32,000 nt of DNA from NCBI GenBank assembly GCA_016196885.1, contig JACPWU010000035.1, forward strand, positions 1 to 32,000. The letters run 5' to 3'. The position numbers were made by a program, and so were the translations under genes. The stretch's first letter is position 1, and the number at the start of each line of letters is the position of its first letter. This DNA comes from Chlamydiota bacterium (lineage in GTDB: Bacteria > Auribacterota > JACPWU01). A model generated the notes under the pieces. The model was given only the letters and a program-made list of their open reading frames with translations. It ran no database searches and was not told where the DNA came from. Below are positions 1 to 6,418 of the stretch, piece after piece.

Positions 1-255
1 ACATCCCTTTAATATTTTCTCCACCCTTATTTTTAAACTCGTGTTGATCACTTCCAGTCCTTCTTCTGGAGAAGTTCCAGGCACCTCTTCAAAATCTTTG
101 TCTATTTTCTCGACCTCCCCGATGACAATCGCGCAGGATCCCTTCACGAGTTCTGGAACATTCATTTTGAACACCGTCGTGGATTGCACACAAAGGGCAG
201 AAAAAAGGAACAAAAAGGTAAAAAGAAACACGAAAGTCTGAACAGGTTTACTCAC
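1..255 (-). CDS. Partial CDS (first 85 codons; continues past window start): hypothetical exported protein
   Basis: Minus-strand frame is open from GTG (255-253) to the window edge. GGAGA lies about 9 nt upstream of the GTG. Translation VSKPVQTFVFLFTFLFLFSALCVQSTTVFKMNVPELVKG... starts with a signal-like hydrophobic segment. It is absent from the ORF track only because it runs off the edge. No family recognised. Confidence 0.4.
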   Translation of the reverse strand, partial: MSKPVQTFVFLFTFLFLFSALCVQSTTVFKMNVPELVKGSCAIVIGEVEKIDKDFEEVPGTSPEEGLEVINTSLKIRVEKILKGC

Positions 256-353
256 ACAGATAGTCTCCATTCAATTTCAATAACCCTTTTGGGGGTCATC
301 GTATGGCAATGAAAGCCCCACCCGCCTCTACCTCACCTCGCCTCCCTTATTTT

Positions 354-398
354 GTAGTCGCCCCATTTATGGGGCTGCCCGATGAATCGGGCGACTAC
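354..398. repeat. REP doublet (REPIN-like) copy 1: GTAGTC-GCCCCATTTATGGGGC-T-GCCCGATGAATCGGGC-GACTAC
   Basis: Two 16-nt palindromes, A (GCCCCAT..ATGGGGC) and B (GCCCGAT..ATCGGGC), sit between an inverted GTAGTC/GACTAC head pair. Intergenic. Same architecture at four other loci. Confidence 0.85.
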
Positions 399-515
399 AC
401 AAGCTTGAACGAGAGAAAGGAATCCAACATCCAACATCCATCATCCATGATCCATGATTCACTTTCACCTGAAAATAGTCTTTAGTCATTCTTATACAAT
501 AAGTTATGATGACTC

Positions 516-572
516 GTAGTCGCCCGATTCATCGGGCAGTCCATGCAACGGCCCCATAAGTGGGGCGACTAC
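516..572. repeat. REP doublet copy 2 (opposite orientation): GTAGTC-GCCCGATTCATCGGGC-AGTCCATGCAACG-GCCCCATAAGTGGGGC-GACTAC
   Basis: Same heads and palindromes as copy 1 in B-then-A order, with a 13-nt spacer. Intergenic. Confidence 0.85.
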
Positions 573-759
573 AAGGGTGATTTTCATCCCCCTTTGTGCC
601 GACCTCAGTCGGCATGAATGTTTCATAACAAGGAGGGTTCCTCCTCCTGATATAGACCCTTTTTCATTCTAAAAGGTTAAAAAGTATGGCAAAAAGAGTC
701 TTTCATAACATGTTCCGAAAGAACAGGTTGATTATTCATAAAAATCAACATCCTTTTTC

Positions 760-940
760 GTGGAGTTTCCCCAAAATTCATGGAAACGGGGTGACCTTCC
801 TGGGGGTCCCCCATTGAGCGTCAGCAGGCGTCGCCTAAAAACTCTGGAAACCTCATCAAAAGGCTTTCCGACGCCGATGCCGTCAATGGGGGTGAGGAGG
901 GGCAGGACCCAATTTCCATGAATTTTGGGGAAACTCCACT
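760..940. mobile_element. MITE-like non-autonomous element (181 bp) with perfect 27-bp terminal inverted repeats
   Basis: GTGGAGTTTCCCCAAAATTCATGGAAA (760-786) is the exact reverse complement of 913-939. The interior is also an imperfect palindrome (CCCCCATTGAGCGTC vs GCCGTCAATGGGGG; GGCGTCG vs CGACGCC). CATCCTTTTTC flanks both ends (749-759 and 941-951), like a target-site duplication. No transposase inside. Confidence 0.6.
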
Positions 941-1015
941 CATCCTTTTTCTTGAAAAAAGTTCTCAGGTTTTCTAGAATCTTGTTCAAAGTAAAGGTTT
1001 CGTGAGAGGTTTTGT

Positions 1016-1492
1016 ATGCCCAATTACATGACTAAAAAAACGTATGAGAGGCTTCAGGCACGCCTGAAGCATTTAGCCCAAGTGGAAACATTTGAACTCT
1101 CCAAAGAAATCGCCGTCGCGCGTGAAAAAGGAGATTTAAGAGAAAACGCAGAGTACGAAATGGCCAAACATAAGCAGGCCCTGGTGATGACAGAAATCGG
1201 AGAGCTTAAAGGGAAACTCGTGGACTTCCAATTCATTGAAGACTTGAGAGTTCCGGGAGATCGCGTCAGTTTGGGAACGGTGATCCAGTTAAAAGATGTC
1301 GGCACAGGAGAGGAATTTTCCTACACCATTTTGGGGCCTGAGGATTCAGATGCAGACAACGGGACCATTTCATTTCAATCCCCCTTGGCCAAAGGACTGA
1401 TCGGTCAAAAGGCAGGTCAAGAGGTCACCGTTTCTTTGCCGGGTGGCTCCAAAAAAATCAAAATCCTTTCTGTGAAGCCGTATAAAATTTAG
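1016..1492 (+). CDS. greA: Transcription elongation factor GreA
   Basis: 158 aa, typical GreA length. N-terminal coiled-coil signature AREKGDLRENAEYEMAKHKQ and C-terminal SPLAKGLIGQKAGQEV. GAGAGG Shine-Dalgarno upstream of the ATG. Confidence 0.93.
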   Translation: MPNYMTKKTYERLQARLKHLAQVETFELSKEIAVAREKGDLRENAEYEMAKHKQALVMTEIGELKGKLVDFQFIEDLRVPGDRVSLGTVIQLKDVGTGEEFSYTILGPEDSDADNGTISFQSPLAKGLIGQKAGQEVTVSLPGGSKKIKILSVKPYKI

Positions 1493-1505
1493 AAAGAGAC
1501 TGCGA

Positions 1506-2339
1506 ATGAAGAAGCTTTTCCTTTCGTCACTTCTCATCTTCTCCCTCTCCTCTTCTAGTGCCCAAACACCCCCTGTTTCCACCGACGCTCAGCAACAAGA
1601 GATTCTCAAGTATTATCAAGGAATGTATCAGCTTAAAACCGATTACCGTGCTGAAGGAAAAATTGCGAGAATTCAAGACCGCTTAAACAAGGCCTATGGC
1701 ATGAACATCCGCGTGATCCCGGGCCAAACGGGCCGAGCAGCCATGTCTTTTGGAAGAGGCATCATTGTGCTGGACCTTTCCATTTCGGGAAGCTATGACG
1801 AGGAAACCATCGCGGGCCTCTTAAGCCACGAATGGGCGCATGAATACCTCGGCCATCTCTACAATTTTCAATACGGCTACCTCCAAGGCCAGACCAATCC
1901 TTACACACAATTAGAAACCATGCGAAAGATGGAACTGGAAGCCGACTGCGTGGGAATGAAACATTTGGGCCAGGCAGGCTACTCCCCGGCAGGCTTTATT
2001 CAATTGATCATTGAAAAAGGAGATGTGGAGGCCTTTAAACATCCAAACCTAAGAATGTATTTTCCACCCGAGATGCGGCTCCAGGCCATTTTAGAATGTT
2101 CCCTCACCCTAGATCGGAAATCCCAACACCTGATTCAAGCATATTTAGGACTCCCTCTAGCGAAAACGGAACAAAAAGAAATATCGACCTTGCAGACTCC
2201 CTGCATACACCAAAAACCCTGCGAACACATCGTCCCCTGCATCCACCTGTGTCAAGACCCCAAAACCAGCAAAACCATCCCTTGCCATCTCTACGATACA
2301 GAGCATCCGTACGACACAGAGCACGAGCATGATGAATAG
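1506..2339 (+). CDS. Exported M48-like zinc metallopeptidase with Cys/His-rich C-terminal tail
   Basis: Signal peptide MKKLFLSSLLIFSLSSSSAQ. HEWAH (HExxH) is followed about 30 aa later by MELEADCVG, which resembles the E-x-x-AD third-ligand region of BepA/HtpX-type M48 peptidases. Tail is PCIHQKPCEHIVPCIHLCQDPKTSKTIPCHLYDTEHPYDTEHEHDE. Confidence 0.7.
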   Translation: MKKLFLSSLLIFSLSSSSAQTPPVSTDAQQQEILKYYQGMYQLKTDYRAEGKIARIQDRLNKAYGMNIRVIPGQTGRAAMSFGRGIIVLDLSISGSYDEETIAGLLSHEWAHEYLGHLYNFQYGYLQGQTNPYTQLETMRKMELEADCVGMKHLGQAGYSPAGFIQLIIEKGDVEAFKHPNLRMYFPPEMRLQAILECSLTLDRKSQHLIQAYLGLPLAKTEQKEISTLQTPCIHQKPCEHIVPCIHLCQDPKTSKTIPCHLYDTEHPYDTEHEHDE

Positions 2340-2340
2340 G

Positions 2341-2423
2341 AAAAATAGTTTTTAGTTCTTAGTTTTGAGTTTTGAGTTTTGAGTTTTGAGTTTTTAGAAC
2401 TTATAACTTAAAACTATTTTTAG
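2341..2423. terminator. Long imperfect hairpin between convergent genes; loop is (GTTTTGA)x4
   Basis: AAAAATAGTTTTTAGTTCTTAGTT (2341-2364) pairs imperfectly with AGAACTTATAACTTAAAACTATTTTT (2395-2420). Tandem heptamer at 2362-2396. Lies between the stops of 1506..2339 (+) and 2420..3667 (-). A/T runs on both sides are compatible with a bidirectional terminator. Confidence 0.45.
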
Positions 2424-3667
2424 TACCACCCATGATGATCTTCCTGCGTCCCGGGGGTGGGTAAGGATTCTACCCCGGGCCACTCGAGATTTTTGGGAAA
2501 TTGAACGGCCTTCGTCCCTCCCCCTAAGGCATCCGGCCTGCTAATTCTAAAGCTATTTTCAATTTGGAAAAGCAAGGTTTTCAGTTCATCCCATCTTTCA
2601 ATCGAGGCATATCTTAACGTCATCACCCCGGAAAAACTATTTCCCTGAGAGACCAGGGCCCCTCTTAAAATACCGTGCTTACGCCCAGTGGAAAGATGAT
2701 CGAATAAAACCTCTCGCTCGATCACCTTCCAACGCTGGCCCAAGCGGTCAATAAACTCGTCATATTCATGTTCAGATAAAATTTCGACATGGTTGACGGC
2801 CGCGGGATCTTGGTCAAAAAGTTTCAGAAATTCCTGCGGGGTGGGATTACCCGGAAGATAAATAAAAAAATTCACCAGAAAACTATTGAATTCGTCTTCC
2901 GAGGTCACCTCGATCGAGTAACGACTTTCCTTCACCCGCCAACCTTGAGGATATGAAACTTGAAAAACCTGCCCCTCGAATAAATGAAGGGAATCACTTT
3001 GAAAAGATTCGAAGCTGTCCCGAGAACTTTCCAAGGTCATTTCCAAAGACGGCCATTCATCCAAAGGCGCCCAAATCGCCTCGTAAAAACTGGAATACCC
3101 TCTTTGAACCGCACGCACCTTCCCTGTCACAGGAATTCCAAAAATGGAGCCGGACAACACGGCCTCTATCTCTTCAGGTCTTTCCTTCACCTCTTCCAAA
3201 GTCAAATTTGGAAATTGTTTTTTCAGAATTTCTTTTTGAATCTCAAATTGGGATTGAAGTAAATCACGCAACGTGCCAGAGGCCTTGCGAATGGGACAAA
3301 TCAAAACGCAGGCCGTGCGCATCGCCTCCCGATACACCCAAACGCGGCCCGGTTCAATGTCCAATTTCCAATTTTCGGGAACGCGAAGAGAAAATCCCAA
3401 ATAGGGCTGCCTAAAAATCCTCATGGGAAGGACGGAGGCCTTTAGAGGCATGGGTAGTGGAGGATGTTGAGGCAAAACCTCAGGCTGCGCAACCAGGACA
3501 GGCTTCGGGGATTCCTTCGCTTCATGACGTCGAGGCTCAAGAGAATGCTGAGGAGAAGAAAGGATCAAAATAACCATGCACAAAAAGAAAGACACCCCCA
3601 GCCCCGCTGCCATCCTTTGCCCTCTCGTCCAAGACCTCATTTGAGAAAAAGGAGATAAATGTCTCAT
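2420..3667 (-). CDS. N-terminally membrane-anchored protein, anchored-paralog family (paralog of 7804..9288); Pro-rich stalk plus two degenerate modules
   Basis: Start moved to ATG 3667 (M40 of the ORF-track protein). The longer form would overlap the well-supported divergent gene at 3738, and the paralog aligns from here (PFSQMRSWTRGQRMAAGLGVSFF vs FLSQVGAWSLRQKILVTVGFFTF). TM helix AAGLGVSFFLCMVILILSS. Blocks conserved with the paralog: YLGFSLRVPENW, FQVSYPQGW, IYLPGNPTPQEF, SFSGVMTLR, LGGGTK. Confidence 0.7.
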   Translation of the reverse strand: MRHLSPFSQMRSWTRGQRMAAGLGVSFFLCMVILILSSPQHSLEPRRHEAKESPKPVLVAQPEVLPQHPPLPMPLKASVLPMRIFRQPYLGFSLRVPENWKLDIEPGRVWVYREAMRTACVLICPIRKASGTLRDLLQSQFEIQKEILKKQFPNLTLEEVKERPEEIEAVLSGSIFGIPVTGKVRAVQRGYSSFYEAIWAPLDEWPSLEMTLESSRDSFESFQSDSLHLFEGQVFQVSYPQGWRVKESRYSIEVTSEDEFNSFLVNFFIYLPGNPTPQEFLKLFDQDPAAVNHVEILSEHEYDEFIDRLGQRWKVIEREVLFDHLSTGRKHGILRGALVSQGNSFSGVMTLRYASIERWDELKTLLFQIENSFRISRPDALGGGTKAVQFPKNLEWPGVESLPTPGTQEDHHGWY

Positions 3668-3671
3668 TTTT

Positions 3672-3700
3672 TTGCGAACCCTTGAAAAATGTTCTATAAT
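3672..3700 (+). promoter_or_regulatory. Sigma70-like promoter for the 3738 gene: TTGCGA-N17-TATAAT
   Basis: TTGCGA at 3672-3677, exactly 17 nt spacer, TATAAT at 3695-3700. About 30 nt of leader carries GGGAG (3726-3730) 7 nt before ATG 3738. Sits in the 70-nt divergent intergenic region. Confidence 0.5.
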
Positions 3701-3737
3701 GAATATATCACTTAAACCTAGAAAAGGGAGCCATCCG

Positions 3738-4856
3738 ATGAAAAAGTTTCCTCTCGTTTCTTTGACAATTTTGAACTTTTTCATCCTTCATGCGGCCTTT
3801 GCCCAATATCCAGGACCCTCGAATTTTAACGCCAGTCTTCCCTCGGGCCTCACTTATACCCATCCTCAAGGCATTTTCACCCTTCAATTTCCTCAAGGAT
3901 GGATTCAAACCAATACCACCGATTTAAGACAGGCGGCCTATTTTATTCTCATTCAAAATGGAACGGCTCTCGCAGAGGCGGCCATTTATGTAGAAACCCT
4001 CTCGCAAACGGTGACACCTCAAATGTACGCCATTGGAGTAGAAGAAAACACGCTGCGTCGCACACCGGGTTATCAAAAGGCCGCTGAAAATGTAGTGGCC
4101 ATCAACGGTCAAATGGCGGCCTATCGTGAATTTTCTTATTCAGCCAACCTTCAGGGGCAGACGAAAATGGTTTTGTCCGCACACTATTATTTTGTGGTGG
4201 GAAATTTGGCCTATCTGCTTCATTTCGCGACTTATCCAGAAATCGCTCCGCAAGTGAAAAATCAATTTCTTCAAATTGCGCAGAGTTTCAAAATCTCGGG
4301 TGGCTCAGCGATGAATACCCCCCTCTATCAACAAAACACCAGCATGAATCTTTATCCCAATACGACTGGGCCCGTCCAAAACAATGCCCCTGTCTATAAT
4401 CCTTATGCATCACAAACCAATCCGAACCCTTATGTCTCTGCGACCCCTATCAACTCAGGCAATCCTCAAGACGTGAACTCCCCAGAATTTATACAGCGAT
4501 GGATGCAAGAGCATCCCTATGAACCCCCTCCTGTGGATAACCGCATGACGCAGCAATTAGACGCCATGGCCAAACAATGGCAGGCCCAGCATCCGGCCCC
4601 GACCGTGCCAACTCAAAATGCCCTCAACACAAATCCTTACAATCCGCCCCTGCCACCGACCCAGCAAACGGGAAATGCGACGACTTTTACCATGAATCAA
4701 CAAACGCCTTTGTCCCAAACGCCCATGCCTCAGACTCAAAAGGAGGAGCCTCTTCCCGCGCCACAACCGCTCCCAGAGATCGCACCTGTAGCACAAACGG
4801 TCCACACGACTCCAGAGGCAACACCCACAGATTTAGAAGGAGAGAATCAGCAGTGA
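3738..4856 (+). CDS. Exported paralog P1: one Y-x-H-P-x-G-x-F...P-x-G-W module plus about 185-aa N/P/Q-rich tail
   Basis: Start moved to ATG 3738 (GGGAG SD; signal peptide MKKFPLVSLTILNFFILHAAFA). Module starts YTHPQGIFTLQFPQGWIQTNTT (nt 3855-). The body is clearly paralogous to P3 and P6: VEENTLRRTPGYQK vs AEQNSLRGLQNYQE vs VEENTLKSLPQYQK; HYYFVVGNLAYLLHF vs EFYFVFGNAAYTFHF. Tail nt 4299-4856 is low complexity. Confidence 0.8.
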   Translation: MKKFPLVSLTILNFFILHAAFAQYPGPSNFNASLPSGLTYTHPQGIFTLQFPQGWIQTNTTDLRQAAYFILIQNGTALAEAAIYVETLSQTVTPQMYAIGVEENTLRRTPGYQKAAENVVAINGQMAAYREFSYSANLQGQTKMVLSAHYYFVVGNLAYLLHFATYPEIAPQVKNQFLQIAQSFKISGGSAMNTPLYQQNTSMNLYPNTTGPVQNNAPVYNPYASQTNPNPYVSATPINSGNPQDVNSPEFIQRWMQEHPYEPPPVDNRMTQQLDAMAKQWQAQHPAPTVPTQNALNTNPYNPPLPPTQQTGNATTFTMNQQTPLSQTPMPQTQKEEPLPAPQPLPEIAPVAQTVHTTPEATPTDLEGENQQ

Positions 4857-4866
4857 AAAACAGTCC

Positions 4867-4953
4867 GCAGTCGCCCGATTTATCGGGCAGTCTATGCATT
4901 GTCCCATAAATAGGGCGACTACAAGGGATTTGCCCGATAAATCGGGCGACTAC
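4867..4953. repeat. REP triplet copy 3: GCAGTC-GCCCGATTTATCGGGC-AGTCTATGCATT-GTCCCATAAATAGGGC-GACTAC-AAGGGATTT-GCCCGATAAATCGGGC-GACTAC
   Basis: Same family as 354..398, with one extra B palindrome plus head. Lies between P1 and P2 inside a probable operon. The ORF-track start of the next gene (4894) falls inside it. Confidence 0.8.
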
Positions 4954-4989
4954 AAGTTATTGGTAAAGGACTCTACCTTGAAATCCAGC

Positions 4990-6414
4990 ATGCTCAAACT
5001 TTTCGGGGGGGCATTGCTGATCTTCCTCAGTCAGCCACCGATGCCCTTTGCCCAAAATCTTTTACCCACGCCCGGGTACGCCATCACCTATCAAGATCCT
5101 CAACAGAGATTCGTCATCAGCTTTCCTTCGGGATGGCAGCAAGCGAAACCGCCATCACCCGAGGCCCAAGCCTATTTTTCTTACACACAAAATGGCGCCG
5201 TCATCGCAGAGGCTATTGTTTATTCGTATCAACTCCCCCATCAAATGAATGTCTCTGATTTTCAGTCCGCGATCTTTCAAAAAACCATCCTTCCCCATAT
5301 CAACACCATGACACCTGACCCCGCCAGCAACAGCCTCAAAAATTTTGGCATGACGACAAGCCTTCTCTCTGAATATGATTACAATCCCAAAACTCCCATG
5401 AGAATGAGGCACTATTATTTTGTCCACGTCTACACCGCCACAGGGATTGTGATTCGCTTTGACACCTTCAAACAATATTGGCCGATGATGATCCCAAAAT
5501 TTGAAGAGGTCATGGCCACGTTTAAAATAGGAATTAGCAATATCACCCTGGAACAATTGGCCGAGCAAAATCTCGTGGCAGGAAGTGTGACCCCGCCCCT
5601 GCTTCAAAATCCGAAGGCCTACATGCCGGATTATCCTTGGGATGTTTCACCCCAGGCCACCCCCTATGACGAAGAGATGCTCATCAACATCCGTGTCCTC
5701 AAAAATTTGGTTCAAAACGATCCCACTTTAAAAAGCACCCTCCCCGAAATCGAAAAGCGCGAAAAAGAAGTCGAACAAAGAATTCAAAACAGCCTCGAGA
5801 AAAATAAAAGAAAGGAGCTTGAGGCACTCCATCAAAAACCAGGGGAGGGACCTCTCCCGAAAGACTCCGCCGTCTCCACCGTTTTGAATGTGAAGCCTCC
5901 CGCAAATTTAACAGGAGATATTTATGGCGAAATCCAAAAAGCCCCACCTCGTCCCACCCCCGAAGAAACCCAAATTGCTGTAGAAGCCGATCTCGTTCCT
6001 TGGCAAGATCCCTTGGAGCGCTTCTCCCTCATTTATCCGAAGGGATGGGCGAAAACCCAAAAAGGGGCGTGGTATCTTTCTTTTGATGGACCCGAAGGCA
6101 ATCAGATTTTGGTCTTGTCCTTCATGGACCCTTCTTTCTCTGCAGAATATTTAAAGCAATTGCTCAAAAATCAGCCTCCCCTTGCACAAAAGGAAGTCAC
6201 ACTCAAAAATGCCGAGAAAGCCCAAATGCTCACGTTTCAAACCCGGAATGAAGAGTCACCTGACGCCGAAGAAATGATCGTGACCTCCATTTCACCCGAA
6301 AAATCAAATTTACTCTTTTTAATTCGCTTTTCAAAAGAACGCTACGAAGGCAACAGGGGTATGGTAAAAAAAATCATTGAGGTATTGATTGCGGGAATTG
6401 AACTGAAAGGATAA
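4990..6414 (+). CDS. Exported paralog P2: two modules separated by a charged K/E-rich linker
   Basis: Start moved to ATG 4990. The residues before it translate the REP element, and a signal peptide MLKLFGGALLIFLSQPPMPFAQ follows it. Module 1 is YQDPQQRFVISFPSGWQQAKPP (nt 5089-). Module 2 is WQDPLERFSLIYPKGWAKTQKG. Linker is EKREKEVEQRIQNSLEKNKRKELEALHQ. Confidence 0.8.
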   Translation: MLKLFGGALLIFLSQPPMPFAQNLLPTPGYAITYQDPQQRFVISFPSGWQQAKPPSPEAQAYFSYTQNGAVIAEAIVYSYQLPHQMNVSDFQSAIFQKTILPHINTMTPDPASNSLKNFGMTTSLLSEYDYNPKTPMRMRHYYFVHVYTATGIVIRFDTFKQYWPMMIPKFEEVMATFKIGISNITLEQLAEQNLVAGSVTPPLLQNPKAYMPDYPWDVSPQATPYDEEMLINIRVLKNLVQNDPTLKSTLPEIEKREKEVEQRIQNSLEKNKRKELEALHQKPGEGPLPKDSAVSTVLNVKPPANLTGDIYGEIQKAPPRPTPEETQIAVEADLVPWQDPLERFSLIYPKGWAKTQKGAWYLSFDGPEGNQILVLSFMDPSFSAEYLKQLLKNQPPLAQKEVTLKNAEKAQMLTFQTRNEESPDAEEMIVTSISPEKSNLLFLIRFSKERYEGNRGMVKKIIEVLIAGIELKG

Positions 6415-6418
6415 AAAC

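Noticed and set aside
41-485. ORFs 41..241 (+) and 303..485 (+)
   Set aside because: 41..241 is antisense to a better-supported exported-protein frame with an SD and a signal peptide. 303..485 translates straight through REP copy 1 and the CATCCA simple repeat.
597-646. Small hairpins GCCGAC-CTCA-GTCGGC (598-613) and AGGAGG-GTT-CCTCCT (632-646) as terminators or an ncRNA
   Set aside because: The stems are short (6 bp) with no adjacent U-run in a consistent orientation and no flanking gene end. The support is insufficient for any call.
732-989. 85-aa minus-strand ORF (TTG start) in the ORF track
   Set aside because: It spans the MITE-like palindrome. The same peptide words (SFPKIHGN) are encoded on both strands purely because of the inverted repeat. 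It has no SD and no recognisable family.
1506-2339. Metzincin/astacin classification from HEWAHEYLGH
   Set aside because: The spacing does not fit HExxHxxGxxH (Gly and the third His are displaced by one). The downstream ELEAD motif fits M48-type peptidases better.
2362-2396. Possible CRISPR arrays at the short tandem repeats (2362-2396, 26705-26753)
   Set aside because: The units are 7 and 14 nt and directly abutting with no unique spacers. There are no cas genes in the window.
2953-3414. Long antisense ORFs inside real genes: 2953..3414, 5155..5607, 8427..8984, 15687..16265, 21860..22483, 22347..22769, 29623..30039
   Set aside because: All lie opposite CDSs with strong family or paralog evidence. 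Their translations are compositionally odd (R/P/S-rich or homopolymeric) with no motifs. 15687..16265 is simply the complement of the Q-rich linker.
4894-4989. ORF-track N-terminal extensions of P2 (4894), recR (GTG 26755), dusB (GTG 29549), P1 (TTG 3672) and the anchored paralog (3784)
   Set aside because: The extra residues translate REP, tandem-repeat or hairpin DNA, or overlap a divergent gene. In each case an internal ATG gives the canonical N-terminus or a signal peptide.
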